Sequence record: NC_054911.1
Origin: Escherichia phage ECO4
Reading direction: 5' to 3' (one strand)
DNA: 64,000 bases
Part shown: piece by piece, positions 17,453 through 26,795 of the stretch
Position numbering within the stretch: position 1 is the stretch's first letter
Layout of the letters: each line of letters begins with the position of its first letter
Notes under the pieces: generated by a model
The model's database searches: none
The model's input: the letters and a program-made list of their open reading frames with translations, nothing else
What the model was told of the DNA's origin: nothing
Made by a program: the position numbers and the translations under genes

Positions 17453-19018
17453 ATGACTATCAAAACTAAAGCTGAACTTTTGAACAAATGGAAGCCATTA
17501 CTGGAAGGTGAAGGTTTACCGGAAATTGCTAATAGCAAACAAGCGATTATCGCTAAAATCTTTGAAAACCAGGAAAAAGATTTCCAGACAGCTCCGGAAT
17601 ATAAAGACGAAAAAATTGCTCAGGCATTCGGTTCTTTCTTAACAGAAGCTGAAATTGGTGGTGACCACGGTTACAATGCTACCAACATCGCTGCAGGTCA
17701 GACTTCTGGCGCAGTAACTCAGATTGGCCCAGCTGTTATGGGTATGGTACGTCGTGCTATTCCTAACCTGATTGCTTTCGATATTTGTGGTGTTCAGCCA
17801 ATGAACAGCCCGACTGGCCAGGTATTCGCGCTGCGCGCAGTATATGGTAAAGATCCAATCGCTTCCGGCGCTAAAGAAGCATTCCACCCAATGTATGGTC
17901 CAGATGCAATGTTCTCTGGTCAGGGTGCTGCTAAGAAATTCCCAGCTCTGGCTGCTAGTACTGAAACTGTTGTAGGTGATATCTATACTCACTTCTTCCA
18001 GGAAACCGGTACTGTATATCTGCAAGCTTCAGCTGTTGTGACAATTGATTCTAGTGCAAATGATGCAGCTAAATTAGATGCTGAAATTAAGAAACAAATG
18101 GAAGCAGGTGTACTGGTAGAAATCGCTGAAGGTATGGCTACTTCTATCGCTGAACTCCAGGAAGGTTTTAACGGTTCTACCGATAACCCATGGAATGAAA
18201 TGGGCTTCCGTATCGATAAGCAAGTTATCGAAGCTAAATCTCGTCAGCTGAAAGCTGCTTACTCTATTGAATTAGCACAAGACCTCCGTGCTGTTCACGG
18301 TATGGATGCTGATGCTGAACTGTCTGGTATTCTGGCTACCGAAATCATGCTGGAAATCAACCGCGAAGTTGTTGATTGGATTAACTACTCAGCTCAGGTT
18401 GGTAAATCTGGTATGACCCTGACTCCAGGTTCTAAAGCTGGTGTATTTGACTTCCAGGATCCGATTGATATTCGTGGTGCTCGCTGGGCGGGTGAATCCT
18501 TTAAAGCTCTGTTGTTCCAGATTGACAAAGAAGCAGTTGAAATTGCTCGTCAGACCGGTCGTGGTGAAGGTAACTTCATTATCGCTTCCCGTAACGTAGT
18601 TAACGTTCTGGCTTCAGTTGATACCGGCATTTCTTATGCTGCACAGGGTCTGGCTACCGGCTTTAACACTGATACTACCAAGTCAGTATTTGCTGGTGTT
18701 CTGGGTGGTAAATACCGCGTATATATCGACCAGTATGCTAAACAAGATTATTTCACTGTAGGTTATAAAGGTCCGAACGAAATGGATGCTGGTATTTACT
18801 ATGCTCCATATGTAGCTCTGACTCCGCTGCGTGGTTCCGATCCGAAGAACTTCCAACCAGTAATGGGATTCAAAACTCGTTACGGTATCGGTATCAACCC
18901 ATTTGCAGAATCCGCTGCTCAGGCTCCGGCTTCTCGCATCCAGAGCGGTATGCCTTCTATCCTGAACAGCCTTGGTAAAAACGCTTACTTCCGCCGTGTA
19001 TATGTTAAAGGTATCTAA
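17453..19018 (+). CDS. 23: major capsid protein gp23
   Basis: 521-aa ORF, MTIKTKAELLNKWKPLLEGEGLPEIANSKQAIIAKIFENQEKDF recognised as T4 gp23. Confidence 0.98.
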   Translation: MTIKTKAELLNKWKPLLEGEGLPEIANSKQAIIAKIFENQEKDFQTAPEYKDEKIAQAFGSFLTEAEIGGDHGYNATNIAAGQTSGAVTQIGPAVMGMVRRAIPNLIAFDICGVQPMNSPTGQVFALRAVYGKDPIASGAKEAFHPMYGPDAMFSGQGAAKKFPALAASTETVVGDIYTHFFQETGTVYLQASAVVTIDSSANDAAKLDAEIKKQMEAGVLVEIAEGMATSIAELQEGFNGSTDNPWNEMGFRIDKQVIEAKSRQLKAAYSIELAQDLRAVHGMDADAELSGILATEIMLEINREVVDWINYSAQVGKSGMTLTPGSKAGVFDFQDPIDIRGARWAGESFKALLFQIDKEAVEIARQTGRGEGNFIIASRNVVNVLASVDTGISYAAQGLATGFNTDTTKSVFAGVLGGKYRVYIDQYAKQDYFTVGYKGPNEMDAGIYYAPYVALTPLRGSDPKNFQPVMGFKTRYGIGINPFAESAAQAPASRIQSGMPSILNSLGKNAYFRRVYVKGI

Positions 19019-19033
19019 TCTTTGACGATTTAA

Positions 19034-19062
19034 GGGACCTTCGGGTCCCTTTAGTTGTTTTT
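19034..19062 (+). terminator. rho-independent terminator after gene 23 (CUUCGG-type hairpin plus U-run)
   Basis: GGGACC-TTCG-GGTCCC followed by TTTAGTTGTTTTTAT. Confidence 0.75.
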
Positions 19063-19066
19063 ATGG

Positions 19067-19074
19067 TATAAATA
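19067..19074 (+). promoter_or_regulatory. T4 late promoter TATAAATA for gene 24
   Basis: Exact TATAAATA just after the gene 23 terminator, 27 nt before gp24 ATG. Confidence 0.7.
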
Positions 19075-19101
19075 AATCATATAAACTGAAAGGAAAGCGC
19101 A

Positions 19102-20385
19102 ATGGCTAAAATCAACGAACTTCTGCGCGAATCAACCACAACGAATAGCAACTCAATCGGTCGCCCAAATCTCGTTGCTTTGACTCGCGCTACCACTAAA
19201 TTAATATATTCTGACATTGTAGCAACGCAAAGAACTAATCAACCTGTTGCTGCTTTTTATGGTATCAAATACCTTAACCCAGACAATGAATTTACATTTA
19301 AAACTGGTGCTACTTATGCTGGCGAAGCTGGATATGTAGACCGAGAACAAATCACAGAATTAACGGAAGAGTCTAAATTAACTCTTAATAAAGGCGATTT
19401 ATTCAAATATAATAATATCGTTTATAAAGTATTAGAAGATACACCATTTGCTGATATTGAAGAAAGTGATTTAGAATTAGCTCTTCAGATTGCAATTGTT
19501 CTTTTAAAGGTTCGTCTATTTTCTGACGCAGCGTCAACAAGCAAATTTGAAAGCTCTGATAGTGAAATTGCGGATGCTAGATTCCAGATTAATAAATGGC
19601 AAACCGCAGTTAAATCTCGTAAACTTAAAACTGGTATCACAGTTGAATTAGCACAAGATTTAGAAGCAAATGGATTCGATGCTCCTAATTTCTTAGAAGA
19701 TTTGCTTGCAACTGAAATGGCAGATGAAATCAATAAAGATATTCTGCAGTCTTTGATTACAGTATCAAAACGTTATAAAGTTACAGGAATTACTGATACT
19801 GGATTCATTGATTTGAGTTATGCATCTGCACCTGAAGCTGGTCGTTCATTATACCGAATGGTATGTGAAATGGTTTCGCATATCCAAAAAGAATCAACTT
19901 ATACAGCAACGTTTTGTGTTGCTTCAGCTCGTGCCGCTGCGATTCTTGCTGCATCTGGTTGGTTAAAACATAAACCAGAAGATGATAAATATCTTTCACA
20001 AAATGCCTACGGGTTCTTAGCTAATGGTTTACCGCTTTATTGCGATACTAACAGCCCATTAGATTATGTAATCGTTGGCGTAGTAGAAAATATCGGTGAA
20101 AAAGAAATTGTTGGATCAATTTTCTATGCTCCGTATACAGAAGGTCTCGACTTAGATGACCCTGAACATGTAGGTGCATTTAAAGTTGTTGTTGATCCAG
20201 AAAGCTTACAACCGTCTATCGGTTTATTAGTTAGATATGCTTTATCTGCAAATCCTTATACCGTAGCAAAAGATGAAAAAGAAGCAAGAGTAATTGATGG
20301 TGGAGACATGGATAAAATGGCGGGTCGTTCAGATTTGTCTGTTTTATTAGGTGTTAAGCTACCAAAAATTATTATCGATGAATAA
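19102..20385 (+). CDS. 24: capsid vertex protein gp24
   Basis: 427-aa ORF, MAKINELLRESTTTNSNSIGRPNL; gp23 paralogue immediately downstream of gp23. Confidence 0.96.
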   Translation: MAKINELLRESTTTNSNSIGRPNLVALTRATTKLIYSDIVATQRTNQPVAAFYGIKYLNPDNEFTFKTGATYAGEAGYVDREQITELTEESKLTLNKGDLFKYNNIVYKVLEDTPFADIEESDLELALQIAIVLLKVRLFSDAASTSKFESSDSEIADARFQINKWQTAVKSRKLKTGITVELAQDLEANGFDAPNFLEDLLATEMADEINKDILQSLITVSKRYKVTGITDTGFIDLSYASAPEAGRSLYRMVCEMVSHIQKESTYTATFCVASARAAAILAASGWLKHKPEDDKYLSQNAYGFLANGLPLYCDTNSPLDYVIVGVVENIGEKEIVGSIFYAPYTEGLDLDDPEHVGAFKVVVDPESLQPSIGLLVRYALSANPYTVAKDEKEARVIDGGDMDKMAGRSDLSVLLGVKLPKIIIDE

Positions 20386-20390
20386 AACAA

Positions 20391-20412
20391 AGGGACCTTT
20401 CGGTCCCTTTTT
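20391..20412. terminator. bidirectional terminator between convergent genes 24 and rnlB
   Basis: GGGACC-TTTC-GGTCCC flanked by A-run upstream and T-run downstream. Confidence 0.7.
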
Positions 20413-20414
20413 AT

Positions 20415-21419
20415 TTAGCTCACCAACTCAATCCAAGCCGGACGAAGTACATCTTGTACCATTTTAACTAATTCCTTTTTAATCAAAGAAGGATTATCTG
20501 CTTGAGTTAGAGTAATACCTTCACGAGAAGTTTCTTCCAAAATATCTTGGACAGTTAGCCCCATCACCTTTCCAAAATCCTTTGGACCAATTTCGCCAAT
20601 TTTAGAAATAACGTTATTTACTCGGTTCAGTGTAACGTAACAAGCTAAAATTCCCACCAATTTGTTATCAGCTTCTGACAATTCAACTTTAGCTTTAATA
20701 GGCTTATCAGACTTTTTCTTTTCACTAAATTTAGAATTCTTGCATTTGATGGCTACACGATTGCGATTAGGCAGCCAAGAAGGCTAACAAGGTTTCAATA
20801 CATATCCTTCAGCGGTAAATACTTCGCCTTTGGCTTCGGCATTCCAAACGCATTTATTTGCATCAACTAATCCAGCATGGTCTACTGTAAAATTATAATC
20901 TTGGACGACAGAATCTAAATCATTTGGCAATTTAATAAGCTCTTCAAATTTACCGCGACCTAAAAGTGGAGCCATTTTAAATTTAAATGTATTGCAGAAT
21001 GATTCCATCATATAATCATCGACATAAGTCACGTCACCACTTTCTGTAGTGACAATAATGTCAAATACATAAAAATCTTTATCACCATAATCAACATTCT
21101 TCTGAATGCCAGGTCCAGCGAATTCGCCAAAAACTTGATAAGTCACAACAGCTGAAGTTTCCATAATATCTTGTACTGCTTTAATGGAATCAGCGTAATT
21201 CTTTAGAATAATTTCATACCCAAAGAAATCTTCAGCAGGAAGAATCGGTCCAGTACGTTTAGCGCAAGTTACTTTATCACGCTCAATAATCAATGAGAAA
21301 TTTGTGCCGTGAATCTTTTCACGAGCTACCCATTCGCCGCCAGTCAATCCCAAGCTATAAAGTTTTTCAATAAATTTAGAGTTGTAATGATTTTCAAGAC
21401 TGCTATACTTTTTAAACAT
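20415..21419 (-). pseudogene. rnlB: RNA ligase 2 (rnlB) interrupted by an in-frame amber (TAG) codon at codon 212 of a 334-codon frame
   Basis: Single frame of exactly 335 codons (334 aa + stop, the T4 Rnl2 length) from ATG 21419 to stop 20415; only interruption is TAG at 20784-20786; I translated the 34 codons between fragments and found no other stop; N-terminal part has the ligase KxHG adenylation motif (EKIHGTN). Confidence 0.7.
20784..21419 (-). CDS. rnlB: RNA ligase 2 N-terminal 211-aa truncated product (nucleotidyltransferase region)
   Basis: ORF with GAGGA SD before ATG 21419; ends at the amber codon; remaining 122 codons continue in frame to 20415. Confidence 0.7.
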   Translation of the reverse strand: MFKKYSSLENHYNSKFIEKLYSLGLTGGEWVAREKIHGTNFSLIIERDKVTCAKRTGPILPAEDFFGYEIILKNYADSIKAVQDIMETSAVVTYQVFGEFAGPGIQKNVDYGDKDFYVFDIIVTTESGDVTYVDDYMMESFCNTFKFKMAPLLGRGKFEELIKLPNDLDSVVQDYNFTVDHAGLVDANKCVWNAEAKGEVFTAEGYVLKPC

Positions 21420-21428
21420 AATTAATCC

Positions 21429-21707
21429 TCAAAATGTAATTTCTAACCAATCACCATCACGCTGATCACTATTGACTTTAAAATTAAATCCTTCTTTTCT
21501 CAGCCAATCACCAATTTCTTCAGTAATCAATTTATCACGAGCAGTACAATAATAACTAAAATATGTTTTACCTTGTTCAGCTGCTTTATTAGCAAGTTCT
21601 GAAAAATCTTTAATAAAACACTCTAGTTTAAACTGTTTACTTTTTAATGCTTTTTCACGTAATTGATTAGCAAAAGATTCATTTTCATAAAGATCATACT
21701 GTTCCAT
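21429..21707 (-). CDS. 24.2: hypothetical protein (position of T4 24.2)
   Basis: 92-aa ORF between rnlB and hoc in T4 order; symbol assigned by synteny. Confidence 0.75.
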   Translation of the reverse strand: MEQYDLYENESFANQLREKALKSKQFKLECFIKDFSELANKAAEQGKTYFSYYCTARDKLITEEIGDWLRKEGFNFKVNSDQRDGDWLEITF

Positions 21708-21909
21708 TTTTCACCTTTTTATTAATGTGTCTTTTTCTATAGACAACTTTTTCTCGAGTCTCAAATTTATTCTTTGCAGTCATAGCTCGAGCCCATAATA
21801 CAGCCACTTCTTTCGCCTGTAAGTTTAATTCACGAGCAATTTCAATGAATGACTTTCCAGACTCATGAAGTGTAAACACCACAACTTCAGTTCTCATAAT
21901 CAATCTCAT
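21694..21909 (-). CDS. 24.3: hypothetical protein (position of T4 24.3)
   Basis: 71-aa ORF overlapping 24.2 start; symbol assigned by synteny. Confidence 0.7.
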   Translation of the reverse strand: MRLIMRTEVVVFTLHESGKSFIEIARELNLQAKEVAVLWARAMTAKNKFETREKVVYRKRHINKKVKNGTV

Positions 21910-21975
21910 GTTATCGAGTTGGTGCCATTATATACATCATTTTCTGATTGTGTTTTGTGTGCTTTCAAAATGAAG

Positions 21976-21996
21976 AAAGGGGCCGAAGCCCCTTTC
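21976..21996 (-). terminator. rho-independent terminator after hoc
   Basis: Coding-strand AGGGGC-TTCG-GCCCCT followed by TTCTTCATTTTG. Confidence 0.65.
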
Positions 21997-21998
21997 GA

Positions 21999-23417
21999 TT
22001 ATGGATAAGTATAGATGATACCAGTTTCTAAAGCAGTTTTATGGATGATGTATCCATTACGTGATTCTTGAACATCAACTTCTGGATAATCTTTCATCAT
22101 CTTCTGAAGCGTATAACGATGCAAGTAGTACTTACTATCTGGATCTTCAGTTTTCCAATCTTTACCTTCTTCAGTCATTTTTTGGATTTCATCCATAACC
22201 CACCAACCGCACCAGATATAAGCTGAAGTACGATGTGGAAGAGGATGAACATAAGGCAATTCACCTTCTGGTTCCGGAGCAACTTTATCAGTTACCTGAA
22301 CTTGACCTGTTGTTTTAACTGTTTTGCTATCATAGTCAGTTGCTGTAACGACAGCAGTAACTTCAATAGTTTGACTTCCAACAGATGAGGTATCAACAGT
22401 ATATACGTTAGTTGACCCTTCTACAGGAGAAGAATCTTTCTTCCATGAGTAAGTAATTTGTGCTTCTTCTGGAGCATCCGTAACATTAGCAGTAAATGTA
22501 GCCGAAGCATCTTGCTGAACGTTAATAGAAGGAGGAGTCAATGTAACCTGTGGATTCATTGTCTTCTTATTAACTGTCAATGATACTTCATTAGAAGTAA
22601 CTTCCTTTTCATTGTAATTTTCTGCTGTTACTTGGGCTACGCATTTAATTCTTTTTACTCCACTTGTAGTTGGAGTATAGCTAAATGTAGAGCTAGTTTC
22701 TCCACCAACTTGTGAATCATCTACATACCACTGATACGTAGCAGATGCTCCATCAGGTTGAGAAGCTAAGGCAGCAGTAAATTGAACTGGGGTTCCAATT
22801 ACTCCAGCTGAAGGACTAGCAGGAGTTACTGCCAATGTAGTTGTCTGTGTCTTTTTATTAACAGTCAGTGATACTTCATTAGAAGTAACGGTTTTTTCAT
22901 CATAATTTGTCGCGGTTACTTGAGCTACACACTTGATTTTTTTAACTCCGCTTGCGGCAGGAGTGTAATTGAATGTAGCAGAAGTCGCTTCGTCTACAGG
23001 AGAACTGTCAACGTACCATTGATACGTAGCAGATGCACCTGATGGCTGCGAAGCTAAAGCAGCGGTAAATTTAACAGCTGTTCCAATTACTCCTGCTGGA
23101 GGACTATTGGGAGTTACGGCTAAGGTAGTCGTCTGAGTTTTGTTTTTGACTGTGATAGTTGTAGTAGCTTCTGCTGTTTCAGCTTCAGATTCTGGAACTG
23201 TATTTGTTGCAACAACTTTAATAGTCTTTTGACCAGCAGGACCTTTTAATACATAATCAAAAGTTGCTTCAGACCCATCTTGTGGAGCATTATCTACACT
23301 CCAAGCATAAGTAATAGTTCCACCTCCAGTTTCACCACTAGGTGCAGCAGTAAACTGCTTGGTTTCATCAATAACTCCTGACGGTGTTTTAGGAGTTATA
23401 TCAACTGTAAAAGCCAT
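21999..23417 (-). CDS. hoc: highly immunogenic outer capsid protein Hoc, 472 aa with four tandem Ig-like domains plus C-terminal capsid-binding domain
   Basis: N-terminus MAFTVDITPKTP and C-terminal YIWCGWWVMDEIQKMTEEGKDW capsid-binding region typical of Hoc; ~96-aa Ig-like repeats; about 96 aa longer than T4 Hoc (376 aa). Confidence 0.93.
   Translation of the reverse strand: MAFTVDITPKTPSGVIDETKQFTAAPSGETGGGTITYAWSVDNAPQDGSEATFDYVLKGPAGQKTIKVVATNTVPESEAETAEATTTITVKNKTQTTTLAVTPNSPPAGVIGTAVKFTAALASQPSGASATYQWYVDSSPVDEATSATFNYTPAASGVKKIKCVAQVTATNYDEKTVTSNEVSLTVNKKTQTTTLAVTPASPSAGVIGTPVQFTAALASQPDGASATYQWYVDDSQVGGETSSTFSYTPTTSGVKRIKCVAQVTAENYNEKEVTSNEVSLTVNKKTMNPQVTLTPPSINVQQDASATFTANVTDAPEEAQITYSWKKDSSPVEGSTNVYTVDTSSVGSQTIEVTAVVTATDYDSKTVKTTGQVQVTDKVAPEPEGELPYVHPLPHRTSAYIWCGWWVMDEIQKMTEEGKDWKTEDPDSKYYLHRYTLQKMMKDYPEVDVQESRNGYIIHKTALETGIIYTYP
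22566..23141 (-). repeat. tandem direct repeat, two diverged 288-bp units encoding Hoc Ig-like domains 2 and 3
   Basis: Protein residues 93-188 and 189-284 are the same length and highly similar (KTQTTTLAVTP...SNEVSLTVNK); DNA units 22854-23141 and 22566-22853 are clearly related but diverged (identity not computed). Confidence 0.75.
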
Positions 23418-23426
23418 AAGTTATCC

Positions 23427-24107
23427 TTATTTTAATGTTACGAAAGAAGAATTGCGTGTTTCACGAATTAAAACTGATCCGTCGCGATTAATGTAATAAA
23501 TTAAGCTAAACAAAGTTTGGTGTGCTGACGCGTGTTCAAAACTAGTTGGGTGAGATTTCCAATCCGGAGTTTCAGCAATCCACTGGTAAATCCACCAAGG
23601 AACGGTACAGAATCCTGGATTTTTTCCAATCAACTGAAGATTCGGACTAAAGTTTTCCGGAAGAGTAAATACAGACGGCTTTTCAGATTCAATAATCTCA
23701 GCTACAGCCTGTTCGAATTTTTCTTCAACAAAAGGAGTATCTTCAATTAAAACAGTAGTATTTTCAGGAATTTTATCCGTTTCTACTACTTCAATTTTAA
23801 TGTCAGATTTAACCGGAGAATCAATCAGAAGTGCTGCCTCTGGATTGACTTCTTCATCGTCATATTTTAATCCGTCTGCGGCATCAGCAGCATCAATTAA
23901 GTCTTTAATAGATAACCCATCAGTCTCTGGCATAGGTTCACTAGCGAGCTTCTGGAGAGCTTCTTCAATATCATTAACGATATTATCAAAAGATTTATTC
24001 TTTTTGACCTTTATACCAAACTGTTCAGCGTATTCAGCTAATTTAGCTTTAGCTTCTTTATTATCATCAAGAGCCTTCAGCTCTGCAATATAATCTTTAT
24101 CTATCAT
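23427..24107 (-). CDS. inh: inhibitor of prohead protease Inh
   Basis: 226-aa ORF downstream of hoc (T4 Inh is 226 aa); acidic N-terminal half. Confidence 0.85.
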   Translation of the reverse strand: MIDKDYIAELKALDDNKEAKAKLAEYAEQFGIKVKKNKSFDNIVNDIEEALQKLASEPMPETDGLSIKDLIDAADAADGLKYDDEEVNPEAALLIDSPVKSDIKIEVVETDKIPENTTVLIEDTPFVEEKFEQAVAEIIESEKPSVFTLPENFSPNLQLIGKNPGFCTVPWWIYQWIAETPDWKSHPTSFEHASAHQTLFSLIYYINRDGSVLIRETRNSSFVTLK

Positions 24108-24120
24108 AATATTTCCTCAG

Positions 24121-24128
24121 TATAAATA
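24121..24128 (+). promoter_or_regulatory. T4 late promoter TATAAATA upstream of the seg endonuclease gene
   Basis: Exact TATAAATA 28 nt before the seg ATG. Confidence 0.55.
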
Positions 24129-24156
24129 TAGATATATTTATTACTCGGAAAATAGT

Positions 24157-24774
24157 ATGTACCACTTTGTATATGAAACAACAAATCTAATAAATGGTAA
24201 AAAGTATATAGGAAAACACTCTACTGATGACTTGAATGATGGTTACCTTGGTTCCGGTAAGGCAATTCAGCAGGCTATAAAGAAATATGGTGAAAACAAT
24301 TTCTCTAGAACAATACTAAAAGAGTTTAAAACTTCCGAAGAAGCGTACATGTATGAAGAAGAAATTATAACTCCTGAAATAATAAAAAGCAAAAATTATT
24401 ATAATATGAAACCTGGTGGAATTGGTGGAATTGTTATGACTACAGAGGTTATAGCAAAGATGAAAGAATCTTCCGCTAAGAGATTTGAAAACTCACCGGG
24501 CACGGTATTAGGTACAACTTGTTACACTAATGGAACTAAAAATATTTTTATTAAACCTGGAGAACTTGTTCCAGAAGGATTTGTAAAAGGGATGGTTCAT
24601 CCTAATAGAAAGTCCAGAAAAGGATGTAAAGTCAAACCAACTACCACAGGAACTTTTTGGGTCAATAATGGTGCAATAAATAAATTAATACAACCAGACG
24701 GTATTATTCCCGACGGATTTATTAAAGGTCGTCTCATGAAAAGAGATTCTAAAGGCAAATTTAGTAAGGCATAA
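24157..24774 (+). CDS. segE: free-standing GIY-YIG homing endonuclease (Seg family)
   Basis: 205-aa ORF with N-terminal GIY-YIG motif (HFVYETTN...GKKYIGKH) and basic C-terminal DNA-binding half; sits between inh and uvsW with its own TATAAATA; segE versus segD naming is uncertain. Confidence 0.8.
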   Translation: MYHFVYETTNLINGKKYIGKHSTDDLNDGYLGSGKAIQQAIKKYGENNFSRTILKEFKTSEEAYMYEEEIITPEIIKSKNYYNMKPGGIGGIVMTTEVIAKMKESSAKRFENSPGTVLGTTCYTNGTKNIFIKPGELVPEGFVKGMVHPNRKSRKGCKVKPTTTGTFWVNNGAINKLIQPDGIIPDGFIKGRLMKRDSKGKFSKA

Positions 24775-24776
24775 TT

Positions 24777-26285
24777 ATGGATATTAAAGTACATTTTCAC
24801 GACTTCAGCCATGTACGCATCGATTGTGAAGAGAGCACGTTCCACGAATTAAGAGATTTCTTTTCGTTTGAGGCCGATGGATATAGGTTTAATCCTCGCT
24901 TCAGATATGGCAACTGGGATGGACGAATCCGTCTTTTAGATTATAATCGTCTTCTTCCATTCGGCTTAGTCGGGCAAATTAAAAAGTTCTGTGATAACTT
25001 TGGCTATAAAGCCTGGATTGACCCACAAATTAACGAAAAAGAAGAATTATCAAGAAAAGATTTTGATGAATGGCTTTCTAAATTAGAAATCTATTCAGGA
25101 AATAAAAGAATTGAACCACACTGGTATCAAAAAGATGCAGTGTTCGAAGGATTAGTTAATCGTCGTAGAATTCTTAATCTTCCAACATCTGCAGGTAAAT
25201 CTTTAATTCAGGCTCTGCTTGCGCGATATTATTTGGAAAATTATGAAGGTAAAATTCTTATCATTGTTCCAACAACTGCTCTGACAACTCAGATGGCTGA
25301 TGACTTTGTTGATTATCGTTTATTCAGTCACGCAATGATAAAGAAAATTGGTGGCGGAGCATCAAAAGATGATAAATATAAAAATGATGCACCAGTCGTT
25401 GTTGGTACATGGCAAACTGTAGTAAAACAACCAAAAGAATGGTTCTCACAGTTTGGAATGATGATGAATGATGAATGTCATCTTGCTACAGGAAAAAGTA
25501 TTTCATCTATCATATCAGGTTTAAATAACTGCATGTTCAAATTTGGTCTATCTGGTTCATTACGTGACGGCAAAGCCAATATCATGCAGTATGTTGGAAT
25601 GTTTGGCGAAATATTTAAGCCAGTAACGACTTCTAAGTTAATGGAAGATGGGCAAGTAACTGAGCTAAAAATTAATAGTATTTTTCTTCGTTATCCTGAT
25701 GAGTTCACTACTAAATTAAAGGGAAAAACTTACCAAGAAGAAATAAAAATTATTACTGGGCTCAGTAAAAGAAATAAATGGATAGCTAAATTAGCTATTA
25801 AGCTTGCGCAAAAAGATGAAAACGCTTTTGTCATGTTTAAACATGTATCACATGGTAAAGCTATTTTCGATTTAATTAAAAATGAATACGATAAAGTTTA
25901 TTACGTATCAGGGGAAGTTGATACCGAAACCCGCAATATAATGAAAACCTTAGCTGAAAATGGCAAAGGAATAATTATAGTAGCTAGTTATGGTGTATTT
26001 TCTACTGGTATTTCAGTTAAAAATCTGCATCACGTTGTTTTAGCGCACGGTGTTAAATCAAAAATCATTGTATTACAAACAATCGGTCGTGTATTACGTA
26101 AGCATGGTTCTAAGACAATAGCAACAGTCTGGGACCTCATAGATGACTGTGGTGTTAAGCCAAAATCTGCTAATACGAAAAAGAAATATGTTCATTTGAA
26201 CTATCTTTTAAAACACGGCATTGATCGTATTCAGCGCTACGCAGATGAAAAATTCAATTACGTAATGAAAACAGTTAATTTATAA
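24777..26285 (+). CDS. uvsW: UvsW RNA-DNA / DNA helicase
   Basis: 502-aa ORF with SF2 helicase motifs (PTSAGKS Walker A, DECH box); T4 UvsW size. Confidence 0.95.
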   Translation: MDIKVHFHDFSHVRIDCEESTFHELRDFFSFEADGYRFNPRFRYGNWDGRIRLLDYNRLLPFGLVGQIKKFCDNFGYKAWIDPQINEKEELSRKDFDEWLSKLEIYSGNKRIEPHWYQKDAVFEGLVNRRRILNLPTSAGKSLIQALLARYYLENYEGKILIIVPTTALTTQMADDFVDYRLFSHAMIKKIGGGASKDDKYKNDAPVVVGTWQTVVKQPKEWFSQFGMMMNDECHLATGKSISSIISGLNNCMFKFGLSGSLRDGKANIMQYVGMFGEIFKPVTTSKLMEDGQVTELKINSIFLRYPDEFTTKLKGKTYQEEIKIITGLSKRNKWIAKLAIKLAQKDENAFVMFKHVSHGKAIFDLIKNEYDKVYYVSGEVDTETRNIMKTLAENGKGIIIVASYGVFSTGISVKNLHHVVLAHGVKSKIIVLQTIGRVLRKHGSKTIATVWDLIDDCGVKPKSANTKKKYVHLNYLLKHGIDRIQRYADEKFNYVMKTVNL

Positions 26286-26310
26286 GGGCTTCGGCCCTTT
26301 GGAGAAAAAG

Positions 26311-26544
26311 ATGTTACTAGAATTTAAACAATTTCTTTATGAAGCTTCTATTGATGAATTTATGGGTAAAATTGCCTCTTGTCAAACATTAGAAGGTTTA
26401 GAAGAACTTGAAGCTTATTATAAGAAAAGAGTCAAAGAAACTGAATTAAAAGACACTGATGACATCTCTGTGAGAGATGCTTTAGCAGGAAAAAGAGCTG
26501 AATTAGAAGATTCAGACGATGATGAAGTAGAAGAAAGCTTTTAA
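26311..26544 (+). CDS. uvsW.1: UvsW.1 small acidic protein
   Basis: 77-aa ORF from ATG 26311 (MLLEFKQFLYEA) with GGAG SD; track start 26299 is a TTG extension. Confidence 0.8.
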   Translation: MLLEFKQFLYEASIDEFMGKIASCQTLEGLEELEAYYKKRVKETELKDTDDISVRDALAGKRAELEDSDDDEVEESF

Positions 26545-26599
26545 ATTAAAAAAGGCCCAACCGAAAAGGAAGGGCCAAAACTATAGACTAAAGGTCACA

Positions 26600-26767
26600 C
26601 TATAGCAAAAGTTGTGTTTCATTTAATTGTTCTTCCGAACTTTCTGAAACTGGTAGTTCTTTAATGTAATTATAGCAAGGCCCAGGATGTACAGGACCTT
26701 TGTCTGTTTCAACAACCAATGCAGAATCGATTGGAGTTTTACAGACAACACAAATCTTATCTGACAT
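26600..26767 (-). CDS. small Cys-rich protein (55 aa), not in ORF track
   Basis: My own translation: MSDKICVVCKTPIDSALVVETDKGPVHPGPCYNYIKELPVSESSEEQLNETQLLL; ATG 26767 preceded by AGGAGACAA; fills the gap between uvsW.1 and the uvsY-proximal ORF. Confidence 0.55.
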   Translation of the reverse strand: MSDKICVVCKTPIDSALVVETDKGPVHPGPCYNYIKELPVSESSEEQLNETQLLL

Positions 26768-26795
26768 GATTGTCTCCTCTGAATTATATATCTAT

